Shown here piece after piece: positions 16,298 through 26,442 of a stretch of 35,137 bases of DNA. Source of the stretch: Candidatus Berkelbacteria bacterium CG_4_10_14_0_2_um_filter_35_9_33_12 (GTDB lineage Bacteria > Patescibacteriota > UBA1384 > GWA2-35-9). The stretch lies in the NCBI GenBank assembly GCA_002793435.1, contig PFQF01000028.1, positions 1 through 35,137 on the forward strand. Direction: 5' to 3'. The notes under the pieces are model-generated. The model made no database searches, was not told the origin of the DNA, and was given only the letters and a program-made list of their open reading frames with translations. How positions within the stretch are numbered: position 1 is the stretch's first letter; the number at the start of each line of letters is the position of its first letter. The translations under genes and the position numbers were made by a program.

Positions 16298-16855
16298 TTG
16301 CTCGAAAAAAGAGAATCAAAATTAAAGGTTTTGATATTGGTCTTAGCGATAGGGCTATTTTTTTATTGGCACACCAGTTTGCCGAGTCGGGGAAAAGGAG
16401 AGTATCAAATTGTCTTTCCAACCAATATTTACACTGAAACCACCAACGATCAAGCCGTCAAAGATTTTTTAGCCAAAACATCGGGGCTAAAAGAGTTATT
16501 TGATAAAGCGCTCGAATATTATGGGGATGAAAAATATTTAGAAGCGGGTGTGATTTTAGAAAGGATTGTTAGTGAAAATAAAACTTTTCGGGATGGATAT
16601 TATTTTTTGGCTGAAACCTATTTAAAGCTGAGCGAAAATGACAATGATAAAAAAAACGCAATGACACGGCAAATTGACGAGACAAAATATGAAATCCAAT
16701 TTAATTATTTAGACAAAGCTGAAATTGTGCTTCGCAAAGCGTTACAAATTGATCCAATTGATAGCAAAATTTATCAACTTTTAGGTGATGTGATGGAGAA
16801 AAAAGGTAATGCGACTCAGGCTGGAGAGTATCGGAAGAAAGGAGAAAAATTCTAA
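16298..16855 (+). CDS. Membrane-anchored TPR protein
   Basis: N-terminal hydrophobic helix; TPR-like RDGYYFLAETY and KALQIDPIDSKIYQLLG. Confidence 0.7.
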   Translation: MLEKRESKLKVLILVLAIGLFFYWHTSLPSRGKGEYQIVFPTNIYTETTNDQAVKDFLAKTSGLKELFDKALEYYGDEKYLEAGVILERIVSENKTFRDGYYFLAETYLKLSENDNDKKNAMTRQIDETKYEIQFNYLDKAEIVLRKALQIDPIDSKIYQLLGDVMEKKGNATQAGEYRKKGEKF

Positions 16856-16919
16856 ATTTGATTATTAATTATGAAATCTTAATTCTTAATTATTTTGAAA
16901 TTTGTGTTATAATATCACT

Positions 16920-17303
16920 ATGAGCAATAAAGTCGATGACAACTGGATGACAAGTGATCCAATTAGCGAGGAGGTGTTGGAGGGTCAGTTGGCATTGGAT
17001 GTTTATCAAACTGAAGATGATGTAATTATCAAAGCACCGTTAGCCGGCGTGGAAGCAGATGATTTAGAAATTGGTTTGACTGACGACGTGGTGACGATTA
17101 AAGGACATCGGAAAGTCGATCAAGAAATTTCTCAAGAGAACTATTTTGCGCAGGAATGCTATTGGGGACATTTTTCACGCACTTATTTATTGCCGATAAA
17201 AGTTGATTCGGATGAAGGCAAAGCGGAAATAAAAAACGGTATCTTAATTATCACCTTGCCAAAGCTTGAGAAGACCAAGACGAGGTACATCAAAGTTAGT
17301 TAA
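16920..17303 (+). CDS. Hsp20/alpha-crystallin small heat-shock protein
   Basis: EGQLALDVYQT, ECYWGHFSR, AEIKNGILIITLPK; ATG at 16920 preferred. Confidence 0.9.
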   Translation: MSNKVDDNWMTSDPISEEVLEGQLALDVYQTEDDVIIKAPLAGVEADDLEIGLTDDVVTIKGHRKVDQEISQENYFAQECYWGHFSRTYLLPIKVDSDEGKAEIKNGILIITLPKLEKTKTRYIKVS

Positions 17304-17330
17304 TAGTTTTAAGTTATTAGTTATTTTTTT

Positions 17331-17900
17331 ATGTTTCGACCTTATCACACTAACGTTGTTCAATATGTATTGAGCTATACTTATGCATTAGCTCGCTGGA
17401 TTATTTGGTTAGTTGTGGGATTGGTGCTAGTGCACATTTTTATAGCGACAATTTTTATTGTTGACGGACCATCGATGGATCCAAATTTAGCGACTAATGA
17501 TTTTATGCTGGTTAATAAAATTGCTTATTTAACTTCAAATCCAAATCGAGGCGATATTGTGGTCTTAAAATTTCCCGGCGATCCAGATAAAAGAAAGTTT
17601 GTTAAACGAGTAATCGGGCTACCGGGCGAAACAGTTGAGGTCAGGAAGGGTAAAATTTATATTAACTCCCAACTATTGCTCGAGTCATATCTTGACTCCG
17701 ATATGAATAGCGGTCAAGATCAAAAAGTGTTTTTGGGTGAAGATGAATATTTTACTTGCGGGGATAATCGTCCTAATTCTAACGATTCCCGTTTTTTTGG
17801 ACCTGTGCCAAAGAACTATTTAATCGGCAGAACTCGTTTTATTTTCTTACCAATCAGCCGTTTTGGATTTAAAACAAATGAGGATTATAATATAAATTAG
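17331..17900 (+). CDS. lepB: Signal peptidase I
   Basis: VDGPSMDPNL (Ser), RGDIVV, FVKRVIGLPG (Lys), GDNRPNSNDSRFFG. Confidence 0.95.
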   Translation: MFRPYHTNVVQYVLSYTYALARWIIWLVVGLVLVHIFIATIFIVDGPSMDPNLATNDFMLVNKIAYLTSNPNRGDIVVLKFPGDPDKRKFVKRVIGLPGETVEVRKGKIYINSQLLLESYLDSDMNSGQDQKVFLGEDEYFTCGDNRPNSNDSRFFGPVPKNYLIGRTRFIFLPISRFGFKTNEDYNIN

Positions 17901-17919
17901 CAAATAGTTAGAGTGGCGT

Positions 17920-17948
17920 TTGACTTCTTTGAAGGTTCGTGATAGTCT
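17920..17948 (+). promoter_or_regulatory. Promoter of rpsO-pnp
   Basis: TTGACT-17bp-TAGTCT with extended TG. Confidence 0.55.
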
Positions 17949-17984
17949 AATTAAAGTTATAAATTATAAATTGCTATTTTTTTT

Positions 17985-18338
17985 ATGGCAAAGACAACTA
18001 ATAAAAAAACGGTAAAATCAAAAAACTTAACTAAAAAAACAACGGTTAAGAAAATTGCTAAACCAAAAAAAGTTAAGACAAAAATTAAAGCCAAGGATTT
18101 AATTAAGAAGTATCAAGCTCATAAAAATGATACTGGTTCGACTGAAGTCCAAGTCGTCAATCTATCGGAAAAGATTGAGTATTTAGCTAAGCATTTAAAG
18201 AAACATGGTAAAGATTACGACTCAAAGAGGGGGCTTTTGATGATGGTCGGGAAAAGGCGCAGATTACTAAATTACTTAAAACAAAAAGAAATTGAAAAAT
18301 ATCAAAAACTAATTGAAGAACTAGGGCTTAGAAAATGA
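17985..18338 (+). CDS. rpsO: 30S ribosomal protein S15 with Lys-rich N-terminal extension
   Basis: DTGSTEVQV, SKRGLLMMVGKRRRLLNYL, LGLRK; directly upstream of pnp. Confidence 0.96.
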   Translation: MAKTTNKKTVKSKNLTKKTTVKKIAKPKKVKTKIKAKDLIKKYQAHKNDTGSTEVQVVNLSEKIEYLAKHLKKHGKDYDSKRGLLMMVGKRRRLLNYLKQKEIEKYQKLIEELGLRK

Positions 18339-20470
18339 TTAAAAAAGTTAAAAGCGTTAAAACAAAATTTGGGGATAACAATTTAATCCTTGAAACTGGC
18401 AAAATTGCCAATTTGGCGACGGCTTCCGTAGTTGCAACTTGGGGAGAAACAGTTGTTCTTTCGACAGTTACCGTTAATCTTGAAACGAATGATGATATCA
18501 ATTATTTACCCTTGCAAGTTGAATATGAAGAGCGGTTCTATGCGACTGGTAAAATTTCTGGTTCTCATTTTATTAAGCGAGAAGGCAAACCATCCGATAA
18601 AGCGGTTTTATCGGCACGCCAAATTGACCGACCGATTCGTCCCCTTTTCCCTAAATCCTTAAGAAATGAGATTCAAATTGTAGTCACGGTCTTATCTTAC
18701 GACGGGATTCACAATACAGCGGTTTTGGGTACGATTGCGACTTCGGCGGCTTTAATGCAAACCAGTTTGCCGTTTGAAGGACCAATCGGTTCGGCAAGAG
18801 TGGCAAAAATTGATGGTAAAATAGTTGTTTGTCCAGATGATAGTCAGGTTGCCAATTGTGATATGGATATTTTAGTTGCGGCTACACGAGATAGAATAAT
18901 GATGCTTGAGATTGAAGGAAAAGAAGCGAATGAAAAAGAGGTAGTTGAGGGTATTAAATTAGCCCATAGTGAAATTAAAAAAATTCTTGATATTCAAACT
19001 CAACTGGAGAAAAAAGCCGAATTTATTCTCGAAACCAAAGATGAATTAATCGAAATGGAAAAAGAGATTAAAGATTTTCTTGGCAAAAAATTGGAAGCGG
19101 TGATGACAGAAAAAGACAAGAACAAGAGAGAAGTCAAACTGAACGAGTTTGAACAATCAGTATTGGACAATTTTGAAGGCAATTATAAACAAATTAATTT
19201 AAAAGAAAGTTTTTCAAAATTAGTTGAGAAAGAGATTAGAAAGACAATTTTGACAAAGGGGGTTCGACCGGATGGCAGAAAATTGGACGAAATTCGACCG
19301 ATCGATATTGAGGTTGGTTTACTGCCTCGGACACATGGTTCGGGTCTTTTCAGTCGTGGGCAAACACAATCATTGTCAATCGTAACTTTGGGAGCGCCGG
19401 GAGATGAACAGACAATCGAAACAATGGAAGAGGAAGGAACAAAGCGCTATATGCATCACTACAATTTTCCACCTTTTTCAACTGGCGAAATTAGACAAAT
19501 GCGATCGACTTCACGCAGGGAAATCGGACACGGCGTCTTAGCGGAAAAAGCACTTATTCCAGTTTTGCCGAGCAAGCAAAATTTTCCTTACACAATTCGG
19601 GTTGTAAGCGAGATCATGGCGTCGAACGGTTCGTCTTCAATGGCGGCGACCTGTGGTTCGACTTTAGCATTATTGGATGCTGGCGTGCCTTTGTCTAAAC
19701 CAGTGGCTGGAATTGCGATTGGTTTAATTACTCCAGAAGATTTTAAGGCTAAGCCAGGTGACGATTTTATTATTTTGACTGATATTGCTGGAATTGAAGA
19801 TTTTGCTGGCGATATGGATTTCAAAGTCGCTGGGACAAAGGACGGGATTACAGCCGTTCAAATGGATACAAAATTAAAAGGCTTAACTTATCCAATTATT
19901 GAAAAAGCTTTTAAAGCGGCTAAGAAAGCCCGTCTCGAACTGATCGAGAAGATTAAAGCTGTTATTCCGAACCATCGAAGCGAATTAAGCCCATACGCAC
20001 CTCGGATTGAAAAAATGATTATCGACCCAACCCGAATCGCTGAATTAATCGGACCGGGGGGAAAAACTATTCGCAAAATTGTCGAGGATGCCGGAGGTAA
20101 AGAAATGATTTCAATCGATATTGATGATAGCGGTTTGGTAATGATCACATCTAACTCACCAAAAGCAAGTCAATATGCTAAAACAACGATTGAAAATTTG
20201 CTTAAAACAGTTGAAGTCGGTGAAATTTACGAGGTTGTAATTAGCGATATTCTTAAAGATCGTAATAGTGGCGTCGAGATTGGTGCAATTGCTGATGTTT
20301 TGCCCGGCAAATCTGGTATGATCCATATTTCGGAGATTGCTAATTTTAGAGTTCCGAGCGTCTCTTCGCAACTAAGAATTGGACAAACAGTTAAAGTTAA
20401 AGTTGTGGGTGTGGATAAAGAACGAGGCAGAATCGCTCTTTCGATTAAACAGGTAGCAGAAAAAGTTTAG
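18335..20470 (+). CDS. pnp: Polyribonucleotide nucleotidyltransferase
   Basis: RQIDRPIRPLF, RTHGSGLFSRGQTQ, RREIGHG, SNGSSSMA, GDMDFKVAGT, KH and S1 domains. Confidence 0.98.
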   Translation: MIKKVKSVKTKFGDNNLILETGKIANLATASVVATWGETVVLSTVTVNLETNDDINYLPLQVEYEERFYATGKISGSHFIKREGKPSDKAVLSARQIDRPIRPLFPKSLRNEIQIVVTVLSYDGIHNTAVLGTIATSAALMQTSLPFEGPIGSARVAKIDGKIVVCPDDSQVANCDMDILVAATRDRIMMLEIEGKEANEKEVVEGIKLAHSEIKKILDIQTQLEKKAEFILETKDELIEMEKEIKDFLGKKLEAVMTEKDKNKREVKLNEFEQSVLDNFEGNYKQINLKESFSKLVEKEIRKTILTKGVRPDGRKLDEIRPIDIEVGLLPRTHGSGLFSRGQTQSLSIVTLGAPGDEQTIETMEEEGTKRYMHHYNFPPFSTGEIRQMRSTSRREIGHGVLAEKALIPVLPSKQNFPYTIRVVSEIMASNGSSSMAATCGSTLALLDAGVPLSKPVAGIAIGLITPEDFKAKPGDDFIILTDIAGIEDFAGDMDFKVAGTKDGITAVQMDTKLKGLTYPIIEKAFKAAKKARLELIEKIKAVIPNHRSELSPYAPRIEKMIIDPTRIAELIGPGGKTIRKIVEDAGGKEMISIDIDDSGLVMITSNSPKASQYAKTTIENLLKTVEVGEIYEVVISDILKDRNSGVEIGAIADVLPGKSGMIHISEIANFRVPSVSSQLRIGQTVKVKVVGVDKERGRIALSIKQVAEKV

Positions 20471-20637
20471 AATCTCGAATCTCGAATTTTGAATTTTGAT
20501 ATTGTAATTATTAGATATTCTATATTCAGTAATCTAGATTATAAATTATATAATTTGGTTATTGACATTGTAAAAACAAAACTAGTAGTGTATGATACGA
20601 GCAAGTATTTAAATAATAACTTCTATAAGGAGGAAGT

Positions 20638-20991
20638 GTGGAAAAGATTTACACATTAGTGAATCAAGCGTTAGTGGCTTATTCGCCACCGGGATCAGGT
20701 TTTGATAGTCCTGTGCCATCAGGTTCAAGTATTGACACGGGTAGAAAGTTTAAAGATCTACCAACCACAATTGCGACTCTGTTTAACTTTATTATTGGAG
20801 TGGCGGCGGTAGTTTTTGTTATTCTGTTAATGGTCGGTGGTATTACCTATTTAACTGGTGCTGGAAACGAGGAGCAAGTTAATAAATCCAAGAAGTTGAT
20901 GATCGATTCAATAATCGGCTTAGTAGTCGTTTTGGCGGCGTGGGCAATCGGTACCTATGTCCTCAACGCCTTTGGTTATTCAGTTAGTTAA
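20638..20991 (+). CDS. TrbC/VirB2-like (T4SS_pilin-type) pilin 1
   Basis: AAGGAGG RBS with GTG; two TM helices joined by GGITYLTGAGNEEQVNKSKKLMIDSIIG. Confidence 0.8.
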   Translation: MEKIYTLVNQALVAYSPPGSGFDSPVPSGSSIDTGRKFKDLPTTIATLFNFIIGVAAVVFVILLMVGGITYLTGAGNEEQVNKSKKLMIDSIIGLVVVLAAWAIGTYVLNAFGYSVS

Positions 20992-21023
20992 AAATAATTG
21001 ATAAAAATTAAATAAGCTTGTTT

Positions 21024-21434
21024 ATGCTACTCAAGTTGTTGAACATGTTTTTGGTAGATCACGCTTTGGCGATTAGTGTGTTGCCGACCAAACCACCAGA
21101 AGGAGTCCCCGATTTGTTTGGAGGGGGTGAAAAAGAAGGGGGGGTGAGTACGGCTGGCGATAATCTTGCCGATATTATTAGTTTTATTTTTGATTTTGTT
21201 ATAGCAATTTCAGGAGGAATTTTCGTAATAATGTTTCTTATCGGTGGGGTAACTTATTTAACCGGCGCTGGTAACGACGAACAAACTAGTAAAGGCAAAA
21301 AGATGTTAATTGATGCGGTTGTAGGTATTTTTATCGTATTAGTTGCCTGGGGAATCGGGACTTATGTTATTAATGTATTTAAAACCACAAATACAAATAC
21401 AAAACCATCAGGACCATTATGGACATGGACATAA
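21024..21434 (+). CDS. TrbC/VirB2-like pilin 2
   Basis: HALA processing-like motif; GGVTYLTGAGNDEQTSKGKKMLIDAVVG; start codon uncertain (21018/21024/21045). Confidence 0.8.
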   Translation: MLLKLLNMFLVDHALAISVLPTKPPEGVPDLFGGGEKEGGVSTAGDNLADIISFIFDFVIAISGGIFVIMFLIGGVTYLTGAGNDEQTSKGKKMLIDAVVGIFIVLVAWGIGTYVINVFKTTNTNTKPSGPLWTWT

Positions 21435-21787
21435 TTAATTTATTCTTAATTGATAAAGCGTTGGCTTTTAACGATTACAATGTTTTTCCCAACCGACCGG
21501 AAAATGTGCCGAGTAAATTTTCGGGATCTGGCGGGGTAAACAATGCCAGCGGTAATCTAGCTAAGATCATTGAATTTATTTTCAATTTTGTAATTGCTAT
21601 TGCTGGAGCAATATTTGTCATTATGCTACTAATCGGTGGAATTACTTATTTGGTTGGCGCTGGTAATGAAGAACAGATTGGCAAGGGAAAGAAAATGATG
21701 ATTGATGCCATAATCGGAATTTTTATTGTGCTTGCTTCTTGGGCAATCGGTACCTATATTCTTAACGCTTTTGGATATAGATCTTAA
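21419..21787 (+). CDS. TrbC/VirB2-like pilin 3
   Basis: KALA motif; GGITYLVGAGNEEQIGKGKKMMIDAIIG. Confidence 0.8.
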   Translation: MDMDIINLFLIDKALAFNDYNVFPNRPENVPSKFSGSGGVNNASGNLAKIIEFIFNFVIAIAGAIFVIMLLIGGITYLVGAGNEEQIGKGKKMMIDAIIGIFIVLASWAIGTYILNAFGYRS

Positions 21788-21789
21788 AG

Positions 21790-21883
21790 AAAATCTAAAA
21801 TCCTAAATCTAAAACTGTTTAGAGAATTTGAAAATTTGAATTTATTATTTGTTTAGAATTTCGTACTTCGGATTTTGGATTTA
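21790..21883. repeat. Partial heptamer-unit repeat downstream of pilB
   Basis: 21798..21844 matches 23469..23515 at 46 of 47 positions, same orientation. Confidence 0.85.
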
Positions 21884-21889
21884 ATGTAC

Positions 21890-23428
21890 TCATTGCATTG
21901 TCACTCTTCTTACTTCTGCTTCGCTTGTCAGACCGAGCTTGACTTTTTTCATCCCGTCTTCAAACATAGTTCTCATTCCAATTTGTTTAGCTTTAGTTTG
22001 GAATTCTTCCAGTGTTGCTTTTCTGACGATTAAATCATTGAATTCTTTGGTGGGCTTAAGAGCTTCGATGATTGGTAATCTTCCTTTATAGCCAGTTCCT
22101 CCACAGTTTTTACACTGTGGTTTTTTGGTGTCATTATTTTGACAAACTATACAGATTTTTCTAACCAATCTTTGGGCGATAATTAAATTAATTGAACCAG
22201 CCAGTAAATAAGGAGCGGCGTTCATATTTAACAGTCTTGGAATTGCCGCCGCCGCCGTATTAGTATGCAATGTTGAAAAAACTAAATGCCCAGTGATTGA
22301 AGCGTGAAGAGCAATATCGGCAGTATCATTATCTCGGATTTCACCGACCATTATGATATCTGGATCTTGTCGGACGACCGATCTTAGAGCAGAAGCAAAT
22401 GTGTAATTGGCGGCTAGATTAACTTGAGTTTGATCAATGCCTTTGATGCGGTACTCAATCGGATCTTCAATCGTAATAATTTTGACTTCTGGTTTATTCA
22501 ATTTATTCAAGATTGAATAGAGAGTAGTCGTTTTCCCAGAACCAGTTGGACCAGTATTTAAAATCAAGCCATTCGGAGCCAGTATCGCTTCATTAATTAA
22601 CTTCATTGCTTCCGGGTTAAAACCTAATTCATCGAGATTTAATAGCCGTGTATCTTCGAGTAAAATTCTCATTACAACCGCTTCTCCATATGCAGTTGGT
22701 AAAACAGAAACACGAACATCAATTGTGTGCTGACCGACTTTTTTTTCAAAACGCCCGTCTTGAGGTTGGTTAGAGATGTCGAGTTTCAAGCGGGATAAAT
22801 TTTTTACTCTCGCCAAAACAGCTTTGTACTGAATATTGGTAATGTCGCTGATATCTCTTAAGACGCCATCTAAACGATAGCGAAGACGAACTGATCCATT
22901 GGCTGGCTCAATGTGAATGTCGGAAGCATCGAGATTGACGGCGCCAGCTAAAATCAAATCGATCATTTCAGTCGTCGAAACTTTAGTAATTTGGCTGGAA
23001 ATATCTTCTAATGTGTGAACAACATTTGCCCAGTCGCTCATTTCTTTGAGTTTGGCTTTTTCTGCTTTGTTAATGCGATTTTTTTCAATTTTATCAAAGA
23101 GGTTTAAACAGTATTCAAATGAAGTTTGGCTACACAATGCTTTTTTGAAGCCAATTTTGAGTAAGCCTCCTTTTTGTCTGAGAAAATTTTCTTGAGTATC
23201 ATTGAGTAAATTTGGGGTGGTGCACCAAACTGTGCTACCAACTTTCATATAAGGCGCAATTTGATTAATTTTAGCTTCATCTTTTGTAAACAATGATAAA
23301 ACATGATCGGCTATCTGATAATTGATCAGATTAACATATTGAACACCAAAATTGCGTGCCAAGGTTTGGGTAATGTTCTCTTCTTGCGAACGTTTGATTG
23401 ATGATAGCTGACCAGAAATATCTTGCAT
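21890..23428 (-). CDS. pilB: GspE/PulE/PilB-family type IV pilus assembly ATPase
   Basis: ASDIHIEP, PQDGRF, GPTGSGKTTTLY, TIEDPIEY, RQDPDIIMVGEIRD, TGHLVFSTLH, CxxC..CxxC, GYKGR. Confidence 0.9.
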   Translation of the reverse strand: MQDISGQLSSIKRSQEENITQTLARNFGVQYVNLINYQIADHVLSLFTKDEAKINQIAPYMKVGSTVWCTTPNLLNDTQENFLRQKGGLLKIGFKKALCSQTSFEYCLNLFDKIEKNRINKAEKAKLKEMSDWANVVHTLEDISSQITKVSTTEMIDLILAGAVNLDASDIHIEPANGSVRLRYRLDGVLRDISDITNIQYKAVLARVKNLSRLKLDISNQPQDGRFEKKVGQHTIDVRVSVLPTAYGEAVVMRILLEDTRLLNLDELGFNPEAMKLINEAILAPNGLILNTGPTGSGKTTTLYSILNKLNKPEVKIITIEDPIEYRIKGIDQTQVNLAANYTFASALRSVVRQDPDIIMVGEIRDNDTADIALHASITGHLVFSTLHTNTAAAAIPRLLNMNAAPYLLAGSINLIIAQRLVRKICIVCQNNDTKKPQCKNCGGTGYKGRLPIIEALKPTKEFNDLIVRKATLEEFQTKAKQIGMRTMFEDGMKKVKLGLTSEAEVRRVTMQ

Positions 23429-23468
23429 ATAGATATTATAGCATTAAATCAATTAATTGATTTAATGC

Positions 23469-23562
23469 AAATCCTAAATTTAAAACTGTTTAGAGAATTT
23501 GAAAATTTGAATTTAGATATTGTTTCGGATTTAGAAATTCGTGCTTCGGATTTTAGGATTTA
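23469..23562. repeat. Partial heptamer-unit repeat upstream of pilB
   Basis: Direct near-copy of 21798..21883. Confidence 0.85.
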
Positions 23563-23612
23563 TCAAATGCGTTATGTTATAATATATTCAAAGATTAAAT
23601 AGCGTTTTGTGT

Positions 23613-25787
23613 ATGGCAAGAAAAAGAAAATATACTAAGCATAACGACAAAAGTTGGGTGAAAAAATTTGATTGGACGATTGATCCTCAAACTGGTCGGG
23701 AAATATTTGCGATCATCTTTTTTATCGTTGGAATTTTATCAGCCTTAGCACTTTTCAATCTGGGTGGTGAGTTTAGCAATTCGACCATCGAATTGATGAT
23801 TAGCCTTTTTGGAATTTCAGGATTTATTGTGCCTTTGATTTTTGTGGCTCTGGGGATCTATTTTTGGAATGAAAAAGAAGCCGGTATTAAAATTCTACAA
23901 ATTTTTGGTTTGGTAGCACTATTTATATTTTTACCGAGCTTATTTCTTACGAAGGGTGGATCAATCGGGATTAGTTTTTCTGAGTATTTTTTGAGTCTCT
24001 TTGGTGAAATTGGCGGTTACTTAATTTTAGTTGGCTTGAACATTATTTGTTTAGTTTTAGCAACCGGAAAAAGATTGAAACAAATAATGGCTTGGATTTT
24101 TAATCGAGGCGGTGGTGATAAAAAACCAGAAAAAGAAGCTCGAGTCTCTGTTTTTGAAACAGTTTGGCAAAAAATATCGAAAAAAAATGGTGACGGAAAA
24201 GTGCCAGTCGTTAGAATAGTCGGGGATGGAAATCAAGTTAAAAATTCATTCGATGGTGCTTGGACTTTTCCGACAACGGATATTTTGCAGACTTCAAATA
24301 CTAAAGCTTCTGCCGGAAATATCCAAAAGAATGTTGAGATAATCCAAAAGTCGCTCAAAGACTTTAGTATTTCGGTGACGATGGGCGATGTCAATATTGG
24401 TCCAACCGTTACTCAATATACATTTAAACCCCACGATGGAGTTAAGCTTAATCAGATTACCGCAAGAAGCAATGATCTATCTTTAGCATTGGCGGCTCAC
24501 CCGATTCGTGTTGAAGCACCAATTCCTGGCAAAGCGGCAGTTGGGGTTGAGGTTCCGAATAAAGTTTCAGCGGTAGTTACGCTACGGGAGATACTTGAGT
24601 CTAAAGAGTATTCAGAGAGTAAAAGTGGTGGCACAATTCCATTGGGAAGAGATGTTGCCGGCATACCAATTGTGGTTGATTTGCACAAAATGCCCCACCT
24701 TTTAATTGCTGGGGCGACCGGTTCAGGAAAGTCGGTCTGTATCAACTCGATCATTTTAGCGCTTTTGTATCAAAATTCACCTAACGATATGAAACTGATT
24801 TTAGTCGATCCAAAAAGAGTTGAATTTTCGATGTATAACGAAATACCTCATTTACTTTGTCCAGTTATTACTGAACCGGACAAAACAGTTAATGCGCTTA
24901 AGTGGGCTGTTAATGAAATGGAAAAAAGATACCATATATTATCAGAAAATCATAAGCGAAATATTGTTGAGTACAATCAATCGGGTCCAGCTCAAAAAAT
25001 GCCCTATATAGTGGTTATAATTGACGAATTGGCTGATTTAATGGTTCAATCGGCAAACGAAGTTGAAGTGGCAATTGTGCGGATTGCTCAAATGGCACGA
25101 GCGGTTGGAATCCATTTAATTGTGGCAACTCAACGACCGTCAGTTAATGTCATCACAGGTTTAATTAAAGCTAACATTACCAGTCGGATTGGGTTTGCGG
25201 TGGCTAGCCAAGTTGATTCTAGGACGATTCTTGACCAAGCCGGTTCGGAAAAATTGTTAGGCAACGGGGATATGTTATTTATGTCGAACGAATTTGGCAA
25301 ACCCAAAAGAATTCAAGGTGTCTTTGTGGGTGAAAAAGACATTCACAATATTACCGATTTTATGCGTAGCCAGGGGCAATCAAGCTATGTCGAAGATATT
25401 ATTAATTACCGCACACCGTCTAAATACGGTAGTACGCCGAGTGGCGTTGATATTGACGATGAACTTTACGGAGAGGCAAAAAATATTGTCATTCAAGCTA
25501 ATAAAGCATCAGCTTCACTTTTGCAGAGACGGTTGCGAATTGGTTATGCTCGAGCAGCCAGACTGCTTGACATACTTGAAGAAAATGGTATTGTTGGACA
25601 ACAGGCAGGTTCTAAGCCAAGAGATGTTATCGCCACGACCGAAAGAGTCGTCCGTGAACCGACCTCAACGACTAATTACTCTTCTCAGCCACCAATTCGT
25701 TCTCAAATACAACCGGCTCCTGTGAGCGAAGAGCCAATAATAAATCAAGACCACAATGTTCAAAACCAAAGCCATCCCGACCAATAG
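23613..25787 (+). CDS. ftsK: DNA translocase FtsK/SpoIIIE
   Basis: N-terminal TM segments, PHLLIAGATGSGKS, IIDELADLM, ATQRPS, gamma domain SLLQRRLRIGYARAARLLD. Confidence 0.97.
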   Translation: MARKRKYTKHNDKSWVKKFDWTIDPQTGREIFAIIFFIVGILSALALFNLGGEFSNSTIELMISLFGISGFIVPLIFVALGIYFWNEKEAGIKILQIFGLVALFIFLPSLFLTKGGSIGISFSEYFLSLFGEIGGYLILVGLNIICLVLATGKRLKQIMAWIFNRGGGDKKPEKEARVSVFETVWQKISKKNGDGKVPVVRIVGDGNQVKNSFDGAWTFPTTDILQTSNTKASAGNIQKNVEIIQKSLKDFSISVTMGDVNIGPTVTQYTFKPHDGVKLNQITARSNDLSLALAAHPIRVEAPIPGKAAVGVEVPNKVSAVVTLREILESKEYSESKSGGTIPLGRDVAGIPIVVDLHKMPHLLIAGATGSGKSVCINSIILALLYQNSPNDMKLILVDPKRVEFSMYNEIPHLLCPVITEPDKTVNALKWAVNEMEKRYHILSENHKRNIVEYNQSGPAQKMPYIVVIIDELADLMVQSANEVEVAIVRIAQMARAVGIHLIVATQRPSVNVITGLIKANITSRIGFAVASQVDSRTILDQAGSEKLLGNGDMLFMSNEFGKPKRIQGVFVGEKDIHNITDFMRSQGQSSYVEDIINYRTPSKYGSTPSGVDIDDELYGEAKNIVIQANKASASLLQRRLRIGYARAARLLDILEENGIVGQQAGSKPRDVIATTERVVREPTSTTNYSSQPPIRSQIQPAPVSEEPIINQDHNVQNQSHPDQ

Positions 25788-26442
25788 TAAATTAGGTAAA
25801 TTGCTCTACTTGACACGGAGTAAAAAAAAGTTGTCTCTTTCAGATATTGAAGAAAAAACCAATATTCGAAAAAAATATTTAATCGCTCTTGAAAATGGCG
25901 ATTTTTCTGTTTTCCCTGGCAAAGTTTATGCGTTAGGGTTTTGTAAAAAATATTGTGATATTCTTGGCTTGAAACATAATCGAGTTAATCAAATTTTTGA
26001 AAGTGAATTTGCGCTCAAAGAAGATAAAGAAGTTTTTTTTCAGGAAAAAATTGGAACAGCATTTATTTCAGTCACGCCCAAAACTTTTTTGCTAGTGCTG
26101 GGAATTTTAGCGATATTGTTATTGTTGGGATATTTTTATTATCAAATCAACTTGATCTCCGCTCCGCCAAAACTGGAAATTATCAATCCATCAACTGAAA
26201 TTACCACCGACGAAAGTAAAATTATCCTTACTGGAGTGGCAGATATTGATGCCAATTTAAAAATTGATAATCAAGCTATCAATCTAGATAGTTCGGGCAG
26301 TTTTACTCAGGAGATTAGTTTGAAAGAAGGTCTAAATAATATCGAAATTGTCGCTACTAATCGTTTTGATAAAAAGACAACTAAAAATATTAAAGTTCTT
26401 AAAAAAGAGAGCTTAGAAACAACTACCACTACCACAATCTAA
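25756..26442 (+). CDS. RodZ-like HTH + TM + Ig-like protein
   Basis: LSLSDIEEKTNIRKKYLIALENGDF..VYALGF, a single TM, beta-rich C-terminus LKEGLNNIEIVATN; follows ftsK. Confidence 0.8.
   Translation: MFKTKAIPTNSKLGKLLYLTRSKKKLSLSDIEEKTNIRKKYLIALENGDFSVFPGKVYALGFCKKYCDILGLKHNRVNQIFESEFALKEDKEVFFQEKIGTAFISVTPKTFLLVLGILAILLLLGYFYYQINLISAPPKLEIINPSTEITTDESKIILTGVADIDANLKIDNQAINLDSSGSFTQEISLKEGLNNIEIVATNRFDKKTTKNIKVLKKESLETTTTTTI

Noticed and set aside
20638-21787. Conjugative element or complete type IV secretion system
   Set aside because: No virB4, coupling protein, relaxase or integrase in the window; the flanks are housekeeping genes.
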